From the NCBI GenBank assembly GCA_965204375.1, contig OZ241986.1:5376001-5440000 (forward strand): a stretch of DNA of 64,000 nt, given 5' to 3'. The notes beneath the pieces are model-generated. The model saw only the letters and a list, made by a program, of their open reading frames with translations, ran no database searches and was not told the origin of the DNA. This document shows positions 17,928 through 27,283 of the stretch, piece after piece; positions within the stretch are counted from its first letter, which is position 1; every line of letters starts with the position of its first letter. This DNA is from Candidatus Latescibacterota bacterium (GTDB taxonomy: Bacteria > Latescibacterota > UBA2968). The position numbers and the translations under genes were made by a program.

Positions 17928-18703
17928 CTGGTGATCTTTAAGAGTCTGCCTGCACCCCTGCCGGGATAGGTTCTCGAGTTGGCGCCCGGGTAAGCGTAGC
18001 CGTTTATGAAAATACGCCGCGATTTCTGCGAGCGGTTCGGTTCGCTGCCGTGGATGATATAAGGGTTGAACAAGGTTACGCTGCCAGCTTTCATGATTCC
18101 CGTAATGGCGTCGTCGGGATTGAATAGCGCCGGGTATTCTTCTTCGCTGCGACTCAGCAGGCCCAGATGTCCCAATTTGCAGCTTCCAGGGATGAATTTC
18201 AAAGGTCCACTTTCTTCGGTTACATCGTCAATGGCGATGGCTTGCTGGACAAAGCTGCCGCGTCCGTTGACGTCCTTCCACCAGGGTTTTCCATATCCCC
18301 GATGTTCGCTGTCCTGATGCCACGGAAATGCGACGTTGTCGCCGGGTATTTTGAAGTGGGCCTGGTTGATTAACTGGTTCATTTCGTTGCTGCCCAGCAA
18401 CTGGCTCGCCATTCCGAGTAGGCGGTGGTCTTTGCCGTATGCGAGTAATACTGGTTCGGCTGCCCCGCACCAGGAGATGCGGTGAATGATGACCTGTCCC
18501 GATTCCTTTCTTTCTATGGCAAAATCAGAGCCATTGTGGATCCCAGGTTCCGATAGTGCGTAGGCCATTTTTTGCAGACGGTCAAATCCGGCTCGCATTT
18601 CTTCGATTTCAGTTGGCGTAAAAACGTCCGGTACGATGACGAATCCGATTTCGAAGAATGCTTCGATCTGTTCTTCACTGAGCAGTGGCGTCAGGTTGCT
18701 CAT
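17924..18703 (-). CDS. PhyH-family Fe(II)/2OG dioxygenase
   Basis: FPWHQD, GPLKFIPGS, HGSEPNRS. Confidence 0.9.
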   Translation of the reverse strand: MSNLTPLLSEEQIEAFFEIGFVIVPDVFTPTEIEEMRAGFDRLQKMAYALSEPGIHNGSDFAIERKESGQVIIHRISWCGAAEPVLLAYGKDHRLLGMASQLLGSNEMNQLINQAHFKIPGDNVAFPWHQDSEHRGYGKPWWKDVNGRGSFVQQAIAIDDVTEESGPLKFIPGSCKLGHLGLLSRSEEEYPALFNPDDAITGIMKAGSVTLFNPYIIHGSEPNRSQKSRRIFINGYAYPGANSRTYPGRGAGRLLKITS

Positions 18704-18776
18704 AATAACCTCCCCAAAAAGCGAATGGCTCCGAGAAATCCCAGAGCCAACTGCCGACTAACCCCCAGTGCTAAAA

Positions 18777-18806
18777 AATATAGTCCTTAAAAGCCTGTCA
18801 TGTCAA
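18777..18806 (-). promoter_or_regulatory. Putative sigma70 promoter for the PhyH gene
   Basis: TTGACA-N18-TATATT on the minus strand. Confidence 0.5.
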
Positions 18807-18870
18807 GAATGTGTTTTTGAAATGGTGCGATAATCGAAATGCTTTTGTATATTAAGGAAATGAAAATGAA

Positions 18871-18912
18871 CTGCCGATCCTCTGCATACCTGAAGAACTA
18901 CTTGGAGAATAA
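18871..18912 (+). pseudogene. C-terminal remnant of a PIN toxin
   Basis: LPILCIPEELLGE* compared with PPILCTPEELLEA in 419..901; in-frame stop just upstream. Confidence 0.7.
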
Positions 18913-18917
18913 TCGCT

Positions 18918-19100
18918 ATGAAAGAACTAAACGATAAAGAGACCACAGATGAGGTTATCCAGGAGACAAGAAGGATCAAAGAAGCCCTGGCAAAGTCTAT
19001 GGATTTTGACATTGATCGCATTCTGAAAGATGCAAGGCCGAGACAGGGAAAGAGCGGTAGGAAGATTCTTTTTCCTCCAGTCCAGCAACTGGTTGATTAA
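18918..19100 (+). CDS. Small putative antitoxin (PIN partner family)
   Basis: DEVIQETRRIKEALAKSMDFDIDRILKDAR resembles 235..426; GGAG SD. Confidence 0.6.
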   Translation: MKELNDKETTDEVIQETRRIKEALAKSMDFDIDRILKDARPRQGKSGRKILFPPVQQLVD

Positions 19101-19135
19101 GGTGCTTATGAATGGACAAGAGGTGGCAACATACG

Positions 19136-19369
19136 TTAGACTTCTGAAGCCATTTTGACATCAATCACAATATCGTTTTGCAATGCCTTTGCTGCGTATT
19201 CCAAAACACCATTCACGTCTTCAACTGTTAGTACCGGATACGCCTTCACTATTTCTCGATGTGACATATTGCGCGCGAGTAAGCCTAAAATTTGTTCAAC
19301 ACTCAATCGCGTTCCTTCAATAACTGGTTTGCCACCCAGAATCCCTGGATCTGAAATAATGTGTTTCAC
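19136..19369 (-). CDS. DUF433-family antitoxin
   Basis: DPGILGGKPVIEGTRLSV...YPVLTVEDV. Confidence 0.9.
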   Translation of the reverse strand: MKHIISDPGILGGKPVIEGTRLSVEQILGLLARNMSHREIVKAYPVLTVEDVNGVLEYAAKALQNDIVIDVKMASEV

Positions 19370-19403
19370 GTTTTAGCTCCTACCGGATTTAATGAGGTAT
19401 ATT

Positions 19404-19455
19404 TAAAAAAAGAGCGTATCCTTTAATGACTCAGGTGCAGGAGAAAGGATACGCT
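19404..19455 (-). terminator. 12-bp inverted repeat followed by a U-tract on the minus strand
   Basis: agcgtatccttt (19413-19424) / aaaggatacgct (19444-19455), next to an A7 run. Confidence 0.45.
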
Positions 19456-19614
19456 ACCTGTCAAAGAATATACTCCTTGTGAAGTCGAAAGCCTTGAAGA
19501 TGTCTTTGTGTTCGTGCTTGCAAGATGATTTGTGCCTCCTTAGAAGAAGTATTGGTACTGAAAAATATAGCTATTAGAAGCCTACAATGTCAATCATGTT
19601 GTGGGGAAATCACA

Positions 19615-19884
19615 ATGGAACTTTACGAACTCGTCCTTGAAATGAAGCAGATTGAACGGCGGCTCACGCTTTATGAAGAAAAATACGGGATTCTCAGCCA
19701 GGATTTTTACGACAGTTTAATGGCGGGGAAATTATCGCGCTACGACGATTTTGATGAGACCCGAACGGATTTTAGTCGGTGGAAAGGTATTTACGAAATC
19801 TGGCAACGCCGCAAGACAGCCTATAGCGAACTAATCCAAAACAGCGATCCGGCAGATGCATTGCGTGTACAGCTCGCTTATTGA
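19615..19884 (+). CDS. Small protein resembling TumA-type antitoxins
   Basis: ERRLTLYEEKYGILSQDFY...DFSRW pattern. Confidence 0.55.
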   Translation: MELYELVLEMKQIERRLTLYEEKYGILSQDFYDSLMAGKLSRYDDFDETRTDFSRWKGIYEIWQRRKTAYSELIQNSDPADALRVQLAY

Positions 19885-19946
19885 TTAAATCTGAAAATCT
19901 CCTCAAATCTTTTGCTAAGATCAATTTGCTCGTCCGGAAATCCGCG

Positions 19947-21254
19947 ATGAATCTCTTTTCTAAAATTAAAGAAAATCCTCTTTTGAGTGCTCTTATTTTT
20001 CTGCTCATTTTGTTAGCGGTAGGTTTTTTGGCCGTCATGTTCTTCGAGCCCAAGTGGATTTTTGATCGATTAGGGATACCTGAAAAAGAAAAGAATAAGG
20101 CTTTGACATTTCTGGGAATCAGCATGGGCGGCATACTGATCGCCTTGCAAGCCTTGATGTCCTACAAACGTGCCAAGGCGATGGAGGAGACCGCAAAAGC
20201 TCAGGCCGATGCCGCAAAAGCTCAGGCGAGAGCCAATGAGAGCACGGAGCAGGGACTACGGCAGGAACGGCTGAAAAACGCCATTGAACATCTGGGACAC
20301 GACTCAAGCTCCGTGCGACTCGGTGGGGCTTATGAACTCTTTCATCTGGCAGAAGACAACAAAGATTTAAGAAAAACGGCATTCGACATGCTTTGCCTCC
20401 ATATCCGCCAGACGACAGGCGAAAATGAGTATCGGGAAAAGCACAAATCTAAACCTTCGGAAGAAGTCCAAAGCCTGTTGACATTATTGTTCGTACAGGA
20501 ACACACAGTTTTCAAAGATCTCCAAATCAATTTGCAGGGAAGTTGGTTGAACGGAGCAGACCTCCATGGAGCGCGTTTAGAAAAGGCCATTCTGACTGAG
20601 ACGCATCTACAAGGAGCTACACTTGCCGGAGCGCACTTGCAAAGAGCTAAGCTTATCAAGGCGCACCTACAAGAGGCGGATCTCCACAGAGTACAACTGG
20701 TAAGGGCGGATCTCTGGGACACCTACCTACAAGGGGCTTTTCTTATCGGTACACGCTTGCAAATGGCTATTCTTGACAGAGCACATCTGCAAGGAGCTTA
20801 TATCTCAGGGGTAAGCCTGCAAGGAGCTAAGCTTTATGGAGCACGCCTACAAGGAGCTAATATTTCAGGGACAGGTCTTCAAGGAGCTTCTCTTTATGAA
20901 GCATGCCTGCAAGGGACTGGAAGCAAGAATGGATTGTTAGGGACATCTTTTGTAGATCGTATCAGGGGGTCAATTGATCAAAATAAGTCAATTGGCGATG
21001 AAAGGGATATGTCCGAAGTGGTATTTGAAGGTGGATTGAGCCGAGAAGATGTGGACGCCCTCGTCGTAGGTTTGTCTGATGAAAAAGCAAATGATTTGCG
21101 GAGGATACTGGAACTACATATTGATAAGCGACCAAGCTATAAACTACCAGAAAACAGCGGTGCCATTACCGGGGCCTACACTGAAGAAGATGCTCAAAAA
21201 TGGATTGCTGAATATAAAGAAGCTATGTCAGAAGTGCCGGAGGACGATAACTAA
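19947..21254 (+). CDS. Membrane-anchored pentapeptide-repeat protein
   Basis: Two N-terminal TM segments, AIEHLG..VRLGGAYEL, many A(D/H)L-x-x pentapeptides. Confidence 0.85.
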   Translation: MNLFSKIKENPLLSALIFLLILLAVGFLAVMFFEPKWIFDRLGIPEKEKNKALTFLGISMGGILIALQALMSYKRAKAMEETAKAQADAAKAQARANESTEQGLRQERLKNAIEHLGHDSSSVRLGGAYELFHLAEDNKDLRKTAFDMLCLHIRQTTGENEYREKHKSKPSEEVQSLLTLLFVQEHTVFKDLQINLQGSWLNGADLHGARLEKAILTETHLQGATLAGAHLQRAKLIKAHLQEADLHRVQLVRADLWDTYLQGAFLIGTRLQMAILDRAHLQGAYISGVSLQGAKLYGARLQGANISGTGLQGASLYEACLQGTGSKNGLLGTSFVDRIRGSIDQNKSIGDERDMSEVVFEGGLSREDVDALVVGLSDEKANDLRRILELHIDKRPSYKLPENSGAITGAYTEEDAQKWIAEYKEAMSEVPEDDN

Positions 21255-22789
21255 TGCCTATCCTACACTGGCTAACACGAGACGAAGATATCCGTGCTGC
21301 TACTCGCGTGCCGTATCGATTGCTGGAGGAAGCATCTGACCTTTCCACTGGTGATACGGATGCCAGCAATATGCTCATCCAGGGCGATAATCTTGACGCG
21401 CTCAAGGCATTGCTGCCGTTCTATGCTGGACAGGTGAAGTGCATTTATATTGATCCGCCGTATAATACCGGGTCTGCTTTTGAGCATTACGACGACAATC
21501 TGGAACACAGCAAGTGGCTTTCGATGATGTGGTCGCGCCTTGAGTTGTTGCGGGAATTTCTTTCAGATGATGGCTCAATTTGGATCAACATTGATGACGA
21601 TGAAGGGCATTATCTGAAAGTTATTATGGATGAGATTTTTAGCCGTAAAAGTTTTATCTCTAATTGCGTCTGGCAGAAGAGGACATCGCCAGATGGTCGA
21701 ATTAACATGGGCGATGCTCATGATCACATTCTCGTGTATGGTAGCCAAGCGGCGAGGAACAGTTTTAATAATATGGAACTCACCCAAGAGCAGCGCAAAG
21801 CTTACAAGAATCCTGACAATGATCCAAAGGGCCCCTGGGTTTCTACTGATTTCACCGCTCAAGGGTATCGCCCCAACCAGATGTATGAAATTGTAACTCC
21901 GGGTGGTGTTCGCTACTTGCCTCCAGATGGCCGATGTTGGGTAAACGTTGAGGAGAGTTTTAACGCATTACGAGAGCAAGGGCGGATATGGTTCGGGATA
22001 CAGGGAAAGTCTCGACCAAGAGTTAAAAACTATCTTTTAGAGGCGGAAGGCGTGAAATCTTGGAGTTGGTGGACAAATAAAGAGACTGGGCACAATCAGG
22101 AGGCTAAGAAAGAGGTAAATACACTTTTTGGAGCAGCCAATACGTTTGACACGCCAAAACCCGAACGTCTCATTCAACGCATCCTTCACATTGCCACCAA
22201 TCCCGGCGATCTCGTCCTCGATTCTTTTCTCGGCTCTGGCACCACGGCGGCGGTGGCGCATAAAATGGGGCGGCGGTACATTGGTATTGAGATGGGTGAG
22301 CACGCGGTCAGTCACTGCGTTCCGCGTCTGCGGAAAGTGATTGAGGGCGAGCAGGGTGGTATTTCGAAGAGTGTCAATTGGCAGGGTGGTGGTGGGTTTC
22401 GCTTCTATCGCCTCGGTCCGCCTGTGTTTGATGAGGATGGACAGATTCGGTCAGATATTCGATTTTCAGTGCTGGCCGCGCATGTCTATTTTAGCGAGAC
22501 CGGACAGCCGTGGAATGGGACGGGTAATTCACCTTTTCTCGGTTTGCACGATGGTCGTGCCTATGCGTTGCTGTACAATGGTATTCTTGGAGATAAGCGA
22601 CCGGGTGGTGGGAATGTTTTGACTCGGGCAACATTGGCGCACATTCGTGAGGAAATCGCTAAAGTACATCCAGACGCCGATGGCCCGTTGACGGTTTATG
22701 GCGAGCAGTCTCGTTTGATGCCACAGACACTTGAGCGCGAGGGCATTGTTTTTAAGCAGACACCTTATGATGTGAAGGCTCGGATGTGA
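21254..22789 (+). CDS. mod: Type III R-M methyltransferase (Mod)
   Basis: LIQGDNLDAL, YIDPPYNTG, FDTPKPERL, DSFLGSGTT. Confidence 0.92.
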   Translation: MPILHWLTRDEDIRAATRVPYRLLEEASDLSTGDTDASNMLIQGDNLDALKALLPFYAGQVKCIYIDPPYNTGSAFEHYDDNLEHSKWLSMMWSRLELLREFLSDDGSIWINIDDDEGHYLKVIMDEIFSRKSFISNCVWQKRTSPDGRINMGDAHDHILVYGSQAARNSFNNMELTQEQRKAYKNPDNDPKGPWVSTDFTAQGYRPNQMYEIVTPGGVRYLPPDGRCWVNVEESFNALREQGRIWFGIQGKSRPRVKNYLLEAEGVKSWSWWTNKETGHNQEAKKEVNTLFGAANTFDTPKPERLIQRILHIATNPGDLVLDSFLGSGTTAAVAHKMGRRYIGIEMGEHAVSHCVPRLRKVIEGEQGGISKSVNWQGGGGFRFYRLGPPVFDEDGQIRSDIRFSVLAAHVYFSETGQPWNGTGNSPFLGLHDGRAYALLYNGILGDKRPGGGNVLTRATLAHIREEIAKVHPDADGPLTVYGEQSRLMPQTLEREGIVFKQTPYDVKARM

Positions 22790-22860
22790 GGGGCGATCAT
22801 CGTGTAAGTAACTGATGTTGCGCGGTGTCCCTGTATCTCGTCATGCTTATGGAAATCACG

Positions 22861-23781
22861 TCACGCATCTAACATGCATTGAAATGCGTCGAGATTGGGT
22901 GCTTGGACCGCCGCGCGGTGCAACTGCTTGAGGTGTTGCAAGTCGTCAATGGCGGCAATGCGCGTGGATAGGGGATGCGCTTCGTTCAGGTCAAACCGAA
23001 TTTCCAACACTTCGAGGATAGCTGCGATCGTGCTTCTTCTTTCGCCTTGCTCAATGCCCTCCTCAAGACCCTGCTCTCTGGCTTCCTCTCTGCTTTGTTG
23101 GGTAAGGGATTGAAAAAGAGATGATTCGCGCAAGATGTCCATGATGCCCTCCTTGAAAATAATAGCAGAAATGGTTTCAGAATCATATACCAACTCGCTC
23201 AAGGCCACCATCCCAGCCAGATAATCGGCTTTGGGCGACCGCGCGATGGGGCGCATCCGAGCGGTGTAAATACACTGATGTAACCACGCATCTGAGGCCA
23301 TCCCTTCAGGGGGTTTCATCAAAGGGGTGAATGGGATCAGACCCGAATGCCTCGCGCTCAGGATGGGTTGGCCTTCTATTTCGATCAGTCTGATCACGCG
23401 ATACCGAATCGTGATTTCGTAGATAGGGAACTCCTGGATGTAATATCCCGGATCGTTCTGTCCTGCATTGGGACGCAGGTAAATGACATTGGAAAAGATC
23501 GGCAGACCGTGATGCTCAATGGCACGTCCGATATAGCCAGCCATGCGCTGCGGCATAGGCGGATTGGTGCTGTCAGTCGTTTGAAACTCGTTGTGGACTA
23601 ATGCTTCCTCACCAGCGATACGCACGCGGATGAAGCTGTCGCTGCGGCGTGCTCTGATTGTGGGTTGCTCTGTTTCGATGACTTCAATGACCTCGGCGTC
23701 GTCTCGCGCGAGGGCGAAGCGGGTGAAGTGGTCGGGATAGTGTTGAATCAGGTATTTGGATATGGTGTCTATGTCTGCCAT
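22861..23781 (-). CDS. Rpn-family (PD-(D/E)xK) nuclease/putative transposase
   Basis: RSDSFI..HNEFQT, MPQRMAGY, C-terminal EQGLEEGIEQGE...LEIRF; internal AAGGAGG-ATG at 23142. Confidence 0.8.
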   Translation of the reverse strand: MADIDTISKYLIQHYPDHFTRFALARDDAEVIEVIETEQPTIRARRSDSFIRVRIAGEEALVHNEFQTTDSTNPPMPQRMAGYIGRAIEHHGLPIFSNVIYLRPNAGQNDPGYYIQEFPIYEITIRYRVIRLIEIEGQPILSARHSGLIPFTPLMKPPEGMASDAWLHQCIYTARMRPIARSPKADYLAGMVALSELVYDSETISAIIFKEGIMDILRESSLFQSLTQQSREEAREQGLEEGIEQGERRSTIAAILEVLEIRFDLNEAHPLSTRIAAIDDLQHLKQLHRAAVQAPNLDAFQCMLDA

Positions 23782-23948
23782 GTGAGATGCCTCGCGTCTG
23801 ATGGGGTGAGCGCGTGGGACACGCGGAACACTCAGACACAAAGCAAAAGGCAGGCCAAAAAATGGTAATTCTCCAAAAAATTGAGCGATATTTTGCGTTG
23901 GCAGACGTCTAAACACCACATTGTGCTTTAAATATGCTGTATTGCATA

Positions 23949-24049
23949 CTTGTTCACAACCTGAATTTAATCCTCAGGCATGTCCCTGCGGATTTAAGCA
24001 GGGATGGACGCAGATGGGCACAGATGAAAGTTAAAAGGGTACATTTTGA
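23949..24049 (+). repeat. ~100-bp element, inverted copy at 28391-28466
   Basis: Perfect blocks of 22, 28 and 16 bp match the reverse complement of 28391-28466. Confidence 0.85.
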
Positions 24050-24123
24050 GCTATGAACGGGCGGTTATGTGAAAGATATGTACCGTTCAAAAAATATCCG
24101 AACCATTGTTGAGCAGATGTGTT

Positions 24124-26763
24124 ATGAACTTAAAACAATACCAGACTGATACGCTGTCTATTCTGCGCCGCTTTTTTGAGGAGGCGCGGATGGCTGGGCC
24201 GAAGAATGCGTATGAGTCTATTACGCAAGAGCCAGAGCAGGCAATGCGGCTTGGGGGCTATGCTGGTGCTTATGTGCCGTTAAAAGAATTGTTTGATGTT
24301 CCCTACGTCTGTTTGCGCCTGCCCACGGGTGGGGGTAAGACGATTCTCGCTGCTCATGCCGTATCTGTCGCCCGCAATGCGTGGATTGAGAAGGATTATC
24401 CCGTGGTGCTCTGGCTGGTGCCGACGAATACCATTCGCCAGCAGACGGTTGAGGCACTGAAAACTTCTCGTCATGCGTATCGGCAGGTGTTGGATGAGGC
24501 TTTTGATGGTCGGGTGCGGGTGTTCGATATTGCGGATTTTACGCATATTCGACCGCACGATATCCGAGATCATTGCTGTATTGTGGTCGGTACGATTCAA
24601 ACGCTGAGGGTGAAGAGTACCGAGGGGCGCAAGGTTTATGCCCACAACGAGGAGATGGAACCGCATTTCTCCAATGTTCAGGACACGGCTCCTGGGTTGG
24701 AGAAGTCGGAACAGGGTGGTGTCAAATTTTCTTTTGCCAACTTGCTGCATATCCACCGTCCACTGATGATTGTGGATGAGGCGCATAACGCGGTAACAGG
24801 CTTGACCCGGGAGATGCAGGCGCGGGTGAATCCGTGCGCGATTGTCGAGTTCACAGCCACGCCGCAACGCAGGTCAAATATTTTGCACAGTGTCACGGCG
24901 CAGGAATTGAAGCGCGAAGAGATGATCAAGTTGCCTATTATGCTTTCCGAACACGATACATGGCAGAATGCTGTGAACGGTGCTATTGCCGCTTGCGCTT
25001 CACTTGCAGAGACCGCGAGCGACGATGCCGACTATATCCGTCCTCTTGTGTTGTTTCAGGCGCAGCCAAGAAATCAGGAGGTGACGGTTGCGGCACTGAA
25101 AGATCATCTGATGGAAGTGGAACAGATTCCCGAAGACAAGATTGCCATTGCTACTGGGAACCAGCGCGAACTCGATGGTATTGACCTGTTTGACGGCAAT
25201 TGTCCTATCGAGTACATCATCACGGTTGAGGCACTGAAAGAGGGGTGGGACTGCTCATTTGCTTATGTTTTCTGCTCTGTGTCGCGCATTCAAAGTGCGA
25301 AGGATGTGGAGCAACTTCTCGGTCGCGTGCTTCGGATGCCTTATGCCAAACGGCGCGGGGTTGCCGATCTAAACAAGGCGTATGCGTTCTTGTCTGAACC
25401 GTCCTTTGGAGAGGCGGCAAAGGGGCTTACTGATAAACTGGTAGGTATGGGCTTTGAGGAAGACGAGGCCCTCGATAATATCGAGCCAGTTCAGCGTGGG
25501 TTCGACGACCAGGGCGACTTGTTTGGTCCGCGCCAGAAGTCAGAGCCGGTGTTCAGATATACGGCTCAGGCGACGCCGGAAGTTTTGTCTAAGCTCGAAG
25601 AGGCAGGACAAGATGGCTTGCTGGTGCGCGAAACGGCTGAAGGGGATGTTGAGGTCGCGGTTACAGGTTGGATAAATCGGGAGAGTGAGAAGGCGATTTG
25701 TGAGACTTTGCCCGAACCGCAGAGGGACGGGTTTGTTGTTGCTGTTGCGAAATATCGCGACGAGATCAAGGATAGAATATCACCTGCTGAGCAAGGTCAG
25801 AAATTCGAAGTTCCACGTCTGATGTCGGATATCCAGGGTACGCTGGAATTTGCCGATACAGACATCTTTATGGAGTACCACGATTGGTCGTTGCTCAATT
25901 ATTCCCCGAAGATGGACGAAGATGAGTTCATGATCCGCGAGACGGCACGCAGTTTTGAGATTGACATTGAAGGCCAGCGTGTCACCTATCAGTTCGCCAG
26001 TGAAGATGAGCAATTGGCTCTGGATATTGCCGTGGAGGGCTGGACGCCTGAAGCACTCGTCCTGTGGCTCGACCGGCAGGTGCGACAGGTAGATATTCAC
26101 CAGAGCGAACTGCTCAAATGGTTGCGCGAAATGGTCGAACACTTACTCAAGACACGCGGCATTTCCATCTCCGCTCTGATGCGTTGTAAATTTCTGCTTG
26201 CCAATACAATTGCGAAAAAGATCAATGACATTCGTCGGGAGGAACGGGATAGTGTATATCAGCGGTATCTCTTTGCGCCCGGGTCTAAAGTCTCGGTTTC
26301 ATTCGATCATGCCTTCACATTCAAAGATGGGATGTACCGAGATCAACGATGCTATCGCGGGCGCTGGAAGCCGCGCAAGCACTTTTTAGGTCCGGATCGC
26401 GTTCCCATCTTTGACGGTGTCGAGGATGGCGAGGAGATGCAGTGTGCTCAGGTCATCGACAGTCTGGCTGAAGTGGATTACTGGATTCGCAATGTAGCGC
26501 GTCATTCGGAGTCGTTCTATTTGCCAACAGCGACGGACAAATTCTATCCGGACTTTGTCACACAGTTGAAGGATGGACGTCTTTTTGTCGTCGAATACAA
26601 GGGCGCGCATATTGCCGAAGGAGCCGATACCACTGAGAAGCGGACTATTGGTGCTCTTTGGGAGCAGGAAAGCGATGGCAAAGGGCTGTTCATCATCGCA
26701 GAGAAGAGTGTCGATGGGAAGGATGTGCGACAGCAATTGATGGAAAAAATTGGTGATGTTTAA
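24124..26763 (+). CDS. res: Type III R-M restriction subunit (Res; SF2 helicase plus nuclease)
   Basis: LKQYQ, LPTGGGKT, VDEAH, FTATP, LKEGWD, QLLGRVLR, FYPDF..VEYKG. Confidence 0.92.
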   Translation: MNLKQYQTDTLSILRRFFEEARMAGPKNAYESITQEPEQAMRLGGYAGAYVPLKELFDVPYVCLRLPTGGGKTILAAHAVSVARNAWIEKDYPVVLWLVPTNTIRQQTVEALKTSRHAYRQVLDEAFDGRVRVFDIADFTHIRPHDIRDHCCIVVGTIQTLRVKSTEGRKVYAHNEEMEPHFSNVQDTAPGLEKSEQGGVKFSFANLLHIHRPLMIVDEAHNAVTGLTREMQARVNPCAIVEFTATPQRRSNILHSVTAQELKREEMIKLPIMLSEHDTWQNAVNGAIAACASLAETASDDADYIRPLVLFQAQPRNQEVTVAALKDHLMEVEQIPEDKIAIATGNQRELDGIDLFDGNCPIEYIITVEALKEGWDCSFAYVFCSVSRIQSAKDVEQLLGRVLRMPYAKRRGVADLNKAYAFLSEPSFGEAAKGLTDKLVGMGFEEDEALDNIEPVQRGFDDQGDLFGPRQKSEPVFRYTAQATPEVLSKLEEAGQDGLLVRETAEGDVEVAVTGWINRESEKAICETLPEPQRDGFVVAVAKYRDEIKDRISPAEQGQKFEVPRLMSDIQGTLEFADTDIFMEYHDWSLLNYSPKMDEDEFMIRETARSFEIDIEGQRVTYQFASEDEQLALDIAVEGWTPEALVLWLDRQVRQVDIHQSELLKWLREMVEHLLKTRGISISALMRCKFLLANTIAKKINDIRREERDSVYQRYLFAPGSKVSVSFDHAFTFKDGMYRDQRCYRGRWKPRKHFLGPDRVPIFDGVEDGEEMQCAQVIDSLAEVDYWIRNVARHSESFYLPTATDKFYPDFVTQLKDGRLFVVEYKGAHIAEGADTTEKRTIGALWEQESDGKGLFIIAEKSVDGKDVRQQLMEKIGDV

Positions 26764-26781
26764 ATGAATGGAGGCAATAAC

Positions 26782-27030
26782 ATGGCGGCTACAATTCAAC
26801 TGGCTCCCGAAGCCGAGAAACGAATTGATTCCCTCGTGGCGCGAACAGGGCGCAGCAAGGAGTTCTTTCTTAAGGAGATTATCAAACGCGGTCTTGAGGA
26901 TGTAGAGGACTACTATCTTGCCGCAGAAGTACTGGAACGCGTTAGAGAAGGTACGGAGGCGGTGTACTCAGATGCTGAAGTGAGGCGAGAACTTGACCTT
27001 CCATTAAGCGATCCTAAAGCCATTGGTTAA
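26782..27030 (+). CDS. RelB/CopG-like RHH antitoxin ending in a RelE-like fragment
   Basis: LVARTGRSKEFF...EDVEDYYLAAEVLERVR; tail PLSDPKAIG. Confidence 0.8.
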   Translation: MAATIQLAPEAEKRIDSLVARTGRSKEFFLKEIIKRGLEDVEDYYLAAEVLERVREGTEAVYSDAEVRRELDLPLSDPKAIG

Positions 27031-27141
27031 AGCCATCACGCACAGCGCGCTATTCCGTCAACCGCTATCCTTTTTGTCGCATCCAACTTTGAAGGCCACC
27101 ACATGGCGTTTATCCACTTCAGCTATTTGCGCTGTGCAAGC

Positions 27142-27210
27142 CCCCCGCAGGGGCGCCCTTTTTTTGCTTCATTTTTTTGGGCGCGCAAAAAAATGAAGTC
27201 GCCGAAGGCA
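27142..27210. repeat. Palindromic intergenic element
   Basis: 13-bp stem cttcatttttttg-ggcgcg-caaaaaaatgaag (27167-27198). Confidence 0.55.
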
Positions 27211-27283
27211 GAACAAAGATAAAAAAGGTGGAATTATCACCAACACTTTCGACGAGCAATGCATATCCTCTTAATTCGCATAA

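Noticed and set aside
21254-22789. Phase-variable mod (phasevarion)
   Set aside because: No simple-sequence repeat tract was seen in the ORF or upstream of it.
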